NCBI GenBank assembly: GCA_963701965.1
Contig: OY969695.1
Span: forward strand, 4,384,001-4,448,000
Source of the DNA: an uncultured Gemmatimonadales bacterium
Lineage (GTDB): Bacteria; Gemmatimonadota; Gemmatimonadetes; Gemmatimonadales; Gemmatimonadaceae
Reading direction: 5' to 3'
DNA length: 64,000 nucleotides
The position numbers were made by a program, and so were the translations under genes. The notes beneath the pieces are model-generated. The model saw only the letters and a list, made by a program, of their open reading frames with translations, searched no databases and was not told the origin of the DNA. Numbering within the stretch: the stretch's first letter is position 1; each line of letters opens with the position of its first letter. Below are positions 31,572 through 40,100 of the stretch, in pieces.

Positions 31572-32926
31572 GCCGACGACGCGGGCAACACCAGCACCAG
31601 CTCCAGCTCCGGATCCGGTAGATCCGCGGGCACGTAGACGGCCACATTCCGGGCCCGGACGACCGCATCCCATTCCGGGCCGCCCTTGGTGATCTGGAAG
31701 TATTGGAAGTTGACTTTGATGGAGATCGCGCCCGGCGGCGAGGGCGTGTGCGTCAGTGGGAGCCCTCCCAACGCCTGCCGCACCAGCAGATCAATGCGCT
31801 CCGCCGAGGCCACTTTCACGACCTGCGGCACGCGCCGAATGATGTCCGCTTGCGACGCCGTCGCCTTGACCGCCAGATAGAACTGCGGCGCCCCGACATA
31901 TTGCTCGCGGTCCAGCGCCGCCGCGTATACCGAGGGCTGGACCCGGCGCATGGGCAGGGACACGTAGCGCGCGGGTACGACCGTCTCCAGCAGCTCACGC
32001 AACATCGCGTCCAAACGCCCGAAGCACGCCGTGAGATCCTCGTGCGCGTACGTCGGCAGATCCCGCGGATGGATGGTATTCGAGAACGTCGTGAGCGCCC
32101 CGGTCAGCGCCAGCATCGCCGCGTACAATTCCGCCGGGTGCCCGCGCCGCACTTCCTGGATATGCCGCAGCGCGGGAAAATGCGTGTTGATCGTGTACAG
32201 GAGCCAAAAGCTCGCCACGTCCGAGATACTGAATTCGGCGAGACTCTGGTTTTTCTGGCGCCGGGCGCCGGCCAGCGTCGTACTCTTTGCCCCGAGGATC
32301 TCCACCACGCGCGCCAGGATCATCGCCAGATGCTCGCTGGCGGCGATGTCGAGGACCGGCGGCACGAAATGCGGATCGAGCGTGATCTCCCCGGTCGCCG
32401 ACTTGCGCAGGCGCGCGAGCGGCAGCACCAGGTTCCCTTCCGACGACTCCCCCTCGACGAGAAACCGCAGGTTCTTGCGGGCCACCTGAATGGGCTTCTC
32501 CGCCAGTCCCGTATTCTCGTCCCGCCGCAGGACGACCTCCGGCCGGAACCGGGTGAAGCCGTCGCCCAATGATCCCGAGACGTTGTGGCCCCCGGGCCGA
32601 TACTCGGGAACGGCCAGCGACACCAGCATGGTGTCCCGATCCTGCTCCCACAGTCCTTCCAGCGGTTTCGGCGGGGGTGGCGCGTCGGCGCCGGGCACAT
32701 CGAACGGCAGGCCGTCGGGAAACGTCCCTGTCGCCTCCGTGATCGAGAACACCCCGGCGGCCAGCGCCTCGCGATCGATCTGCAGCCGCTGGAAGCCCCA
32801 CGGGCTGAACGTGAGCGTGTTCAGCCGAAAGTCGATCAGATCCTCGTAGTACCGATCCTGGATCTGCAAGTGCTGTGGACTGAGCACCAGGCCTTTCGTC
32901 CACAGCACAGGCTGCATTTGTCTCAT
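31568..32926 (-). CDS. tssK: T6SS baseplate subunit TssK (copy 2)
   Basis: VLWTKGLVLSPQHLQIQDRY, WGF, FVPPVL, FWLL, HPAELY, YAHEDL, YFQI. Confidence 0.9.
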   Translation of the reverse strand: MRQMQPVLWTKGLVLSPQHLQIQDRYYEDLIDFRLNTLTFSPWGFQRLQIDREALAAGVFSITEATGTFPDGLPFDVPGADAPPPPKPLEGLWEQDRDTMLVSLAVPEYRPGGHNVSGSLGDGFTRFRPEVVLRRDENTGLAEKPIQVARKNLRFLVEGESSEGNLVLPLARLRKSATGEITLDPHFVPPVLDIAASEHLAMILARVVEILGAKSTTLAGARRQKNQSLAEFSISDVASFWLLYTINTHFPALRHIQEVRRGHPAELYAAMLALTGALTTFSNTIHPRDLPTYAHEDLTACFGRLDAMLRELLETVVPARYVSLPMRRVQPSVYAAALDREQYVGAPQFYLAVKATASQADIIRRVPQVVKVASAERIDLLVRQALGGLPLTHTPSPPGAISIKVNFQYFQITKGGPEWDAVVRARNVAVYVPADLPDPELELVLVLPASSA

Positions 32927-32973
32927 GGTGAGCCCGGGCAGCAATATTGAACGCCAATGGTTCGCCATAGTCT

Positions 32974-34446
32974 ATGACCAGCCCTCGGCCGCTGCCACGC
33001 CTCGATGGCGCCGAGCTCTCCGCGCTGCGCGACGGCCTGCTGGCCGCGGACTATACGGTGCCGTGCGTCGCCGAGCGCACCGGCTCGGACAATATTTACG
33101 AAGCGTGGAGCCGTCGGGTGGCCATTGGCGGCACAGCGCTCGTGAACGACAGTGTCGACGCCCTGATCCGGCTGTATCTCGAAGGGCGGCCGCTCGCCGC
33201 ATCGACCGGTCGCGCCCTGCTCGGCGAACGGCTCCGGCGCCAACTCGAAGCCTGCGGCCTCCTCCAGGTCGACGGCGATCAATACCGGCCGACGACGCTC
33301 CTCTACCCTACGGAAGCGTTGTACCTGGCGTCGGATCTTCCCGGGTTCGACGGCGCGCCGTTGCCCGTCGACGCGGTCTATCCGGCGATCACCCCCAACA
33401 CGCGGGCGTTCGTCGCGGGGCTCCCGACGACCCCTTGCGACCGGTTTCTCGAGCTCTGCGCCGGCACCGGGATCGCCGCGTTGCTCGCGGCGCCGCGCGC
33501 CTCCCATGCGTGGGCAGCCGATTTGACCGATCGGGCGACCCATTTCGCCCGCTTCAACGCCCAGCTCAACGGGTTGCCTAACGTCACGGCCGTCGCCGGC
33601 GATCTCTACCAACCGGTGGCCGGCGCCACATTCGACCGCATCGCGGCCCATCCGCCGTATGTGCCCAGCAGCGACAACGCCGTGATCTACCGCGATGGCG
33701 GCGCCGACGGCGAGTTCATCACGCGCGGCGTGATCGCCGGTCTCCCGTCGCACCTCGCTCCGGGCGGCGTGTGCTACTGTACGTGCGTGGCGACCGACCG
33801 GACCGACGCGCCACTGGAGACGCGGCTCCGGCAGTGGATCGGTCCGGTGGCGGACGCGTTCGATGTCGTGCTGGCCGTCATGCGGACGTCCGTGCCGTCG
33901 GAGCGCGTGTCGGAGTACGTGTCCGAAGGCATCATTGATTCCGCGGAGGCCGAACGCCGCATCGCGCCGTTGGAGGCGTTGGGCATCGAGCGCCAGGTCT
34001 ACGTCTCGATGGCCATTCGGCGCCACGCCGGTGGACGGCCGCCCGCGACCGTGCGTCGCGCCCTCGGGAAACGCGTGACCCCCGCGATGCTCCACCGGTT
34101 GGTGTACTGGGAATCGGCCATGGCCGATCCCGATCAACTCCTCACGCTCATGGGGATGCGGTTCCGCGTGGCGCCGGATACGGGCCGTCACACGGTAGAA
34201 TCGTGGGCCGATGGTCAGTGGCGGCCCGCGTCGCGGCAGCTCGCGCGGGAACGGCCGTTCACCGTCCGTGCCGATTACGATCCGGCGGTTGCCACGTTGT
34301 TGGGGCACATGGACGGCGCGCGGACGGTCCACGAACATTGGGAGGCAATGACCCGCGATGGGGCGGTGCCGGGCGACCTCGATGCATGGCGTTTTGCCAG
34401 TGTCGTGCGCTCGCTCGCGTCATCTGGCATCATTGTCAACACTTGA
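32974..34446 (+). CDS. Class I SAM-dependent methyltransferase (PrmC/MTS-like) with C-terminal winged-helix (PqqD-like) region
   Basis: Motif I LELCAGTG, D at end of strand 2 (WAADL), GDLY, FDRIAAHPPY, YRDGG.DG; C-terminal LL..MDG.RTV.E...L...GII. Confidence 0.8.
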   Translation: MTSPRPLPRLDGAELSALRDGLLAADYTVPCVAERTGSDNIYEAWSRRVAIGGTALVNDSVDALIRLYLEGRPLAASTGRALLGERLRRQLEACGLLQVDGDQYRPTTLLYPTEALYLASDLPGFDGAPLPVDAVYPAITPNTRAFVAGLPTTPCDRFLELCAGTGIAALLAAPRASHAWAADLTDRATHFARFNAQLNGLPNVTAVAGDLYQPVAGATFDRIAAHPPYVPSSDNAVIYRDGGADGEFITRGVIAGLPSHLAPGGVCYCTCVATDRTDAPLETRLRQWIGPVADAFDVVLAVMRTSVPSERVSEYVSEGIIDSAEAERRIAPLEALGIERQVYVSMAIRRHAGGRPPATVRRALGKRVTPAMLHRLVYWESAMADPDQLLTLMGMRFRVAPDTGRHTVESWADGQWRPASRQLARERPFTVRADYDPAVATLLGHMDGARTVHEHWEAMTRDGAVPGDLDAWRFASVVRSLASSGIIVNT

Positions 34447-34458
34447 CACCCCATTTGC

Positions 34459-34487
34459 TTGACACACGGGTCGATCGGCCGTAGCGT
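34459..34487 (+). promoter_or_regulatory. Sigma70-type promoter of the tssB operon (TTGACA-17 nt-TAGCGT)
   Basis: Consensus -35 at 34459-34464, 17-nt spacer, TANNNT at 34482-34487, AGGAG RBS before tssB. Confidence 0.7.
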
Positions 34488-34527
34488 GCCGGTCTGGCCC
34501 CGACCTCGACCCTGACAGGAGCGCGGC

Positions 34528-35049
34528 ATGGCGAAGGAGAGTACACAAAAGAAGCTCGAACGCGTGCGGCCCCCTCGCGTCAACATCACGTACGACGTGG
34601 AGTTGGGTGGCGCCATCGAGATGAAGGAGCTCCCCTTTGTCATGGGGGTGCTGGGCGATTTCACGGGGCAGCCCCAGGAGCCGCTCGCCCGGCTACAGGA
34701 TCGCAAGTTTGTCGATGTCACGCTCGACAACTTCGACGACGTCCTGTCGAGCATGAAGCCGCACCTCGCCTACGCCGTCGAGAACAAGCTGACGGGTGAG
34801 CCGAATGCCGGGAAGATCGGCGTCGATCTCACGTTCAAGAGTCTCGATGATTTCTCGCCGGAGGCGGTGGCGCGGCAAGTCGGCCCGCTACGCGAGCTCC
34901 TCGAGCTGCGGCAGAAGCTGGCGGATCTGCGCGGTTCGTTACAAGGCAACGTGAAGTTGGACGAGATTCTCCAATCCACTCTGGGCGACACAGAGAAAAT
35001 GAATCAGCTCAAAGCCGAGCTCGGTACGGGAGGCGGTGATGGCCAGTAA
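34528..35049 (+). CDS. tssB: T6SS contractile sheath small subunit
   Basis: RVRPPRVNITYDVE, ELPFVMGVLGDF, DDFSPEAV. Confidence 0.97.
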   Translation: MAKESTQKKLERVRPPRVNITYDVELGGAIEMKELPFVMGVLGDFTGQPQEPLARLQDRKFVDVTLDNFDDVLSSMKPHLAYAVENKLTGEPNAGKIGVDLTFKSLDDFSPEAVARQVGPLRELLELRQKLADLRGSLQGNVKLDEILQSTLGDTEKMNQLKAELGTGGGDGQ

Positions 35050-36533
35050 GGCGCAAGCGGAGGCGACGGCCGCTCAAGCCGAGGCGGCTCCGGCCGCCGA
35101 AGTCAGTCTCCTCGATCAGATCGTCGACAAGGGGCGGATGGGCCGCGACGCCGAGTCGAAGGCCCGCGGCAAGGACATCGATCAAGCAGTTCGTCGGCGA
35201 GGTGCTGCAGGGCCACATGACCATCTCCCCCGACACGGAGGTCATGCTCAACGCCCGCATCGCCCAGATCGACCGGCTGCTGTCGACGCAGCTCAACGAA
35301 GTGATGCACGCCCCGGAATTTCAGAAGCTGGAATCCAGCTGGCGGGGGCTGCACTACCTCCTGCAAAACACCGAGACGAGCGAGCAGCTCAAGATCAAGA
35401 TTTTCAACGTCTCCAAGAAGGACCTCCTCAAGGACTTCCAGCGCGCCACCGATTTCGACCAGAGCGCGTTGTTCAAGAAGGTCTACGAGGAGGAGTTCGG
35501 CATCTTCGGTGGCGCGCCATTCGGTGCCCTGGTGGGCGACTACGAGTTTGGGCGCACGGGTCCGGACATTGAGCTGCTGGAGAAGATCTCGAACGTCGCC
35601 GCCGCCGCGCACGCGCCATTCCTGACGGCCGCCGGCGCCGAGATGCTCAACCTCGAGGACTTCACCAAGCTCGATCAGCCGCGCGACATCGCCAAGATCT
35701 TCGATTCCGGCGAATACGCCCGGTGGAAGACGTTCCGCGCCAGTGACGATGCGCGGTACGTCGCGCTGACGATGCCCCGCATGTTGCTCCGCGAGCCGTT
35801 CGGCTCCAAGACGGTCCCGGTCGAGGCCTTTGGGTACGAGGAAGAGGTCGACGGCACGGACCACAACAAGTACCTGTGGGGCAACGCCGCTTGGGCGCTC
35901 GCCACGCGCGTGACCAATGCGTTCCAGTCCTATGGGTGGTGCGCCACGATCCGCGGCGTCGAGAGTGGCGGGTTGGTCGAGGGCCTCCCGGTCCATTCGT
36001 TCAAGACCGACGCCGGCGACGTGGCCATGAAGTGTCCGACCGAGATGCCGATCACCGACCGCCGCGAGAAGGAGTTGGCGGACCAAGGATTCGTTCCGCT
36101 GGTGCACTGCAAGGGCACGGCAAACGCCGCGTTCTTCAGCGTGCAGTCGGCGCAGAAGGCGAAGGTGTACAATACCGATGCAGCGACGGCCAACGCCCGC
36201 ATCTCGGCCCAGCTGCCGTACATCTTCGCGGTGTCCCGCTTCGCGCACTACCTGAAGGCGATGATGCGCGACAAGATCGGCGGCTATATGTCTCGTGGTG
36301 AGGTGCAGTCGTTCCTTAGCAACTGGATATCGAACTACGTGGTGGCCAACGACGACGCCCCAATGTCGGTGAAGGCCAAGAGACCGCTGAAGGAAGCCAG
36401 CATCGAAGTGCAGGAAGTGCCGGGCAAGCCCGGAGTCTACCGGGCCGTGACGTTCCTCCGCCCGCACTTCCAGCTCGACGAGCTGAGCGTCTCGATGCGC
36501 CTCGTCGCGGAATTGCCCGCGGCCGCGAAGTAG
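35039..36533 (+). CDS. tssC: T6SS contractile sheath large subunit, +1 frameshift near 35177-35180
   Basis: N-terminus SLLDQIV in ORF 35036; remainder IAQID..LS.QLNE.MH..EFQ.LES.WRGL, YLWGNAA, CPTE..ITDRRE, LRPHFQL in ORF 35202. Confidence 0.93.
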
Positions 36534-36591
36534 GTCCACCGCCCACGGCAGCGCCATCAATCACGCAGCACGAGCGAGAGGTCAGACGAAC

Positions 36592-37083
36592 ATGGCATTT
36601 GACGCGTATCTCAAACTGGTTGGCATCACCGGCGAAGCAACACGCGCGGGCTTCGAAGGTTGGATCGAAGTCGAGTCGTTCAGCTTCGGCGCCGCCAACC
36701 CGGTCAGCATCGGCACCGCCAGCACCGGCGCTGGTGCCGGCAAGGTGTCACTCAGCTCCTTCAACATCATGAAGATGACGGACTCGTCGAGTCCGACCCT
36801 CTTCCAGAAGTGCTGTGCGGGTCAACACTTCGCGACGGGCAACCTGGTGCTGAACAAGGCCGGCGGCGCCGCGGCCGTGAAGTTCCTGCAGTACGACTTC
36901 ACCGAGGTGTTCGTCGACAGCATCCAGTGGTCGGGTGCGTCGGGCGGCGGCGAGACGCCGTCGGAGTCCATCTCGTTCGCCTTCTCGTCGGTGAACGTGA
37001 CGTATACGCCGCAGAAGGTGGATGGCACTCCGGCAGCCGCCGTGGTGGCCGGGTGGAACATCAAGGCCAACGCCAAGCTCTGA
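36592..37083 (+). CDS. hcp: T6SS tube protein Hcp (TssD)
   Basis: AYLKL.GI.GE, WIEVESFSFG, K..D.SSP.L, E.ISFAF, GWNI. Confidence 0.95.
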   Translation: MAFDAYLKLVGITGEATRAGFEGWIEVESFSFGAANPVSIGTASTGAGAGKVSLSSFNIMKMTDSSSPTLFQKCCAGQHFATGNLVLNKAGGAAAVKFLQYDFTEVFVDSIQWSGASGGGETPSESISFAFSSVNVTYTPQKVDGTPAAAVVAGWNIKANAKL

Positions 37084-37093
37084 GCGAGACGCT

Positions 37094-37795
37094 ATGAAGG
37101 CCCGTGAGCTGCTGAAAGAGGCGCGGCTCACAGACGCGATCGAGTCGCTGGGCGTCGAGTTGCGGGAAGACCCGACCGACGCCCAGCGGCGCAGTTTGTT
37201 GTTCGAGCTGCTGGCATTTGCCGGCGATCTGAACCGCGCCGAGAAGCAACTGGATATCCTGGGGCAACGCGGTCCCGACGCCGGGATGGGGGCGCTGCTG
37301 TACCGGGCCGCCATCCATGCCGAGCGGACCAGGACCGACATGTTCCGGAAGGGCGAGACGCCGGCGCCGGGGAAGGGACCGGGCATCGCCGGCGCGTTGA
37401 ACGGCAACCCGTTCACGTCCATCCGCGACGCGGATCCCCGCATTGGGGATCGGCTCGAGGTGTTCGCCGCCGGCCAGTATATGTGGATTCCGTTCGAGCA
37501 TCTGGCGTCGGTGCGCATCGCGCCGCCGCGCCGGCTGCGCGACACGCTGTGGACGCCGGCCACGGTGCGTACGGGGCCGGGCTTCAAGGGCACCGAATTG
37601 GGCGAAGTATTGCTTCCCGTCCTGGCGCCGCTGTCGGCGGACAGCGACGACGACGCCGTGCGGTTGGGGCGGGTGACCGAGTGGGTCGCGGGTGACGCGG
37701 GCCTCGATGTCCCCATCGGGCAGAAGCTGTTGTTGATCGGCGATGAGGAAGTGCCCATCCTCGAAGTGCGTGAGTTGACGATCACGCCGGCGTAG
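37094..37795 (+). CDS. tagJ: T6SS accessory protein TagJ/ImpE (SciE family)
   Basis: LFELL..AGD..RA..QL, DADPRIG..LE, YMWIPF, LRD.LW, LGR.TEW, GQKLL. Confidence 0.88.
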   Translation: MKARELLKEARLTDAIESLGVELREDPTDAQRRSLLFELLAFAGDLNRAEKQLDILGQRGPDAGMGALLYRAAIHAERTRTDMFRKGETPAPGKGPGIAGALNGNPFTSIRDADPRIGDRLEVFAAGQYMWIPFEHLASVRIAPPRRLRDTLWTPATVRTGPGFKGTELGEVLLPVLAPLSADSDDDAVRLGRVTEWVAGDAGLDVPIGQKLLLIGDEEVPILEVRELTITPA

Positions 37796-37803
37796 GCGGT
37801 CTC

Positions 37804-39585
37804 GTGCCCCTTCCGGCCGCCGATCTGCTGGCCCCAATCCCCGGTGACGCTCCAGCCGGCGCCGACCTCCGCTACGCGCCCGTGTATGCGACGCTGACGG
37901 AGGCCCGGCGCGAGGACGACGACGCCCCGCAGGGGGATTGGAAGCGCGCGCGCAAAGTCGCCGAGTACGACGTCGTGGTGAAAGTCGCGACGGACGCGCT
38001 GGCGACCAAGTCGAAAGACCTCATGATCGCCGCGTGGCTCACCGAAGCCCTGACGCGCCGCGAAGGGTTCGCGGGTTTGGCCTACGGGCTCGATCTCATG
38101 CGCGGGCTCATCGACCGGTACTGGGAGCAGCTGTATCCGTCGATCGACGAAGGCGACCTGGCGATGCGCGCCAAGCCGCTCAATTGGTGCGGCGCCAACC
38201 TCGATACCAGCGCCAAGCGCGTCGCGCTGGCCCGCGGCGATGGTTTGGATTTCCTCGCGTACGGCGTCTCCCGGGCGCTGGGCTACGAGGCGGCGTGCGG
38301 CGGCGACCCGACGAAACTGGCCGTGCGCAAGCGGGAGATCGACGCCGGCAAGGTCCCGCCTGAAGACTTCGACAAAGCCGTCGAGGCCACGCCCAAAGCG
38401 TGGTACAAGCAGGTCGTCGCCGATCTGCGCCGCGCCACCGCCGCACTCGAGGCGCTGGATACCGACGCCACCGCCAAGTTCGGCGACGATGCGCCGAGTC
38501 TCAACAAACTGAAGGACGGCCTGGAGCAGGTCGCCCATCTCGCCGCGCAATTTCTCGAGAAGAAACTCCTCACGGACCCGGACCCTCCGGAAGCCGTCGC
38601 CGAGACCCCCGCCGCATCGGAGTCCACTGCCGCGAACGCGCCGGCTGCCGGCGGCGTGCCGCGGGGGCTCTCGCTGGAACCGGCGGATCTGGCGGACGCC
38701 ACGGCGCGCGTCGTCGGCGCGGCGCGATGGATGCGCAAGGCCGATCCCGGCAACCCGGCGTCGTATCTCATGCTGCGCGGCCTCCGGTGGGGTGAGCTGC
38801 GGGCGACAGGGAAGACGCCGAACCCGAAACTGCTCGAGGCGCCCAGCTCCGAGACCCGCGTCAAGCTCAAAACGCTCATGCTCGACGCGGCGTGGGACCA
38901 ACTGCTCGACGCGGGCGAGCAGGTGATGGGCACGCCGGCGGGCCGCGGGTGGCTCGACCTCCAGCGATACGTGCTGACGGCCTGCACGGGCCTGGGCGGG
39001 ACGTACGAGGCGCCGGGGACCGCCATCCGTGGCGCGTTGCGCGCGTTGCTCTCCGACATTCCCGAGCTGCCGTCGATGTCCCTGATGGACGATCTCCCGA
39101 CGGCGAATCACGAGACCCGGGCGTGGCTGCGCGAGCTGGTCGGCAGCGCCGAAGGCGCGCCGGCAAGCGACGGCGATGCCCCGACTCCCCTGCCGACGTT
39201 GTCCGTTGGCGCGGTCGACGCCAGTGTCCGTTCCGAGATCCAGGCGGGCCGCCCGGAGCGGGCGATCGACATCCTGATGCGGGAGTTGGATCGCGAGACC
39301 AGCCGGCGCGGCCGGTTTTTGCGGCAGACGCAGATGGCCCGCGTCATGGTCGACGCCGGTCTCGAGAACGTGGCCAAGCCGATTCTGGAGCAGATTCTCG
39401 TCGAGATCGAGTCCCACAAGCTGGAGGAGTGGGAGTCCGGCGAGCTCGTCGCCCAGCCGCTCGTCGCGTTGTATCGCGTGTTGGAGAAGACCGGCGGGGA
39501 CGCCTCGGCCAAGCAGAGTCTCTACCTGCGCATCTGCAAGCTGGACGCCCGTCAGGCGTTGGCGTTCGCCGGCCAGAAATCGTGA
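37804..39585 (+). CDS. tssA: T6SS TssA (ImpA N-terminal domain + VasJ-like C-terminal region)
   Basis: LLAPI.G..PAG.DLRY, SKDL.IAAWL.EAL, YW..LYP; later P..YL.LR..RW, WLDLQRY. Confidence 0.88.
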   Translation: MPLPAADLLAPIPGDAPAGADLRYAPVYATLTEARREDDDAPQGDWKRARKVAEYDVVVKVATDALATKSKDLMIAAWLTEALTRREGFAGLAYGLDLMRGLIDRYWEQLYPSIDEGDLAMRAKPLNWCGANLDTSAKRVALARGDGLDFLAYGVSRALGYEAACGGDPTKLAVRKREIDAGKVPPEDFDKAVEATPKAWYKQVVADLRRATAALEALDTDATAKFGDDAPSLNKLKDGLEQVAHLAAQFLEKKLLTDPDPPEAVAETPAASESTAANAPAAGGVPRGLSLEPADLADATARVVGAARWMRKADPGNPASYLMLRGLRWGELRATGKTPNPKLLEAPSSETRVKLKTLMLDAAWDQLLDAGEQVMGTPAGRGWLDLQRYVLTACTGLGGTYEAPGTAIRGALRALLSDIPELPSMSLMDDLPTANHETRAWLRELVGSAEGAPASDGDAPTPLPTLSVGAVDASVRSEIQAGRPERAIDILMRELDRETSRRGRFLRQTQMARVMVDAGLENVAKPILEQILVEIESHKLEEWESGELVAQPLVALYRVLEKTGGDASAKQSLYLRICKLDARQALAFAGQKS

Positions 39586-40100
39586 CCCGCAAGACCGACG
39601 CCGAGCGCGCCGTCCGCCCGTCAGTCCTCGATCGGCTGATGGACAACGATCCGGCGGCCGGCGTCGACGCGCCGATCTCGTGGGGACAGTCCGTGCGCCA
39701 GCTCAAGGCGTCGCTGTGTCGCGATCTCGAGTGGCTGCTCAACTCGCGGCGGTCCCTCATCGAGATTCCCGAGGCATACGAGCACCTGCGCGCGTCGCTG
39801 CTCAACTACGGCTTGGTCGACGTGACGTCCCTCACGCGCGACGACCCGCAGACCCGCTCCCGCATCATCCGCGAAGTCGAGCGCGCGATCACCACGTTCG
39901 AGCCCCGGCTCGCAGCCGTCAAAGTCTCGCTGGCCTCGGACGGCAATCCCGACGGTCCCGCCGGCGGGCCGCGGCGCGAGCTGCGGTTCGTGGTCGAGGG
40001 ACTGCTGCGCATCGATCCGCAGCCGGAGCAAGTCGTCTTCGACACCGTGCTCGAAGTCACCAGTGGAGACTATCAGGTCCGGAGCAGCGGCGGTGCGTGA
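39582..40100 (+). CDS. tssE: T6SS baseplate TssE (gp25-like)
   Basis: PSVLDRL.D, RDLEWLLN, SLLNYGL.D, FEPRL; GTGA overlap with tssA. Confidence 0.93.
   Translation: MTRKTDAERAVRPSVLDRLMDNDPAAGVDAPISWGQSVRQLKASLCRDLEWLLNSRRSLIEIPEAYEHLRASLLNYGLVDVTSLTRDDPQTRSRIIREVERAITTFEPRLAAVKVSLASDGNPDGPAGGPRRELRFVVEGLLRIDPQPEQVVFDTVLEVTSGDYQVRSSGGA

Noticed and set aside
32942..32949. CAATATTG palindrome between tssK2 and the methyltransferase
   Set aside because: Only 8 bp and not seen at other locus promoters; too weak to call
32974..34446. DNA methyltransferase of a restriction-modification or defence system
   Set aside because: Motif layout is PrmC/MTS-like and no nuclease or specificity subunit is nearby
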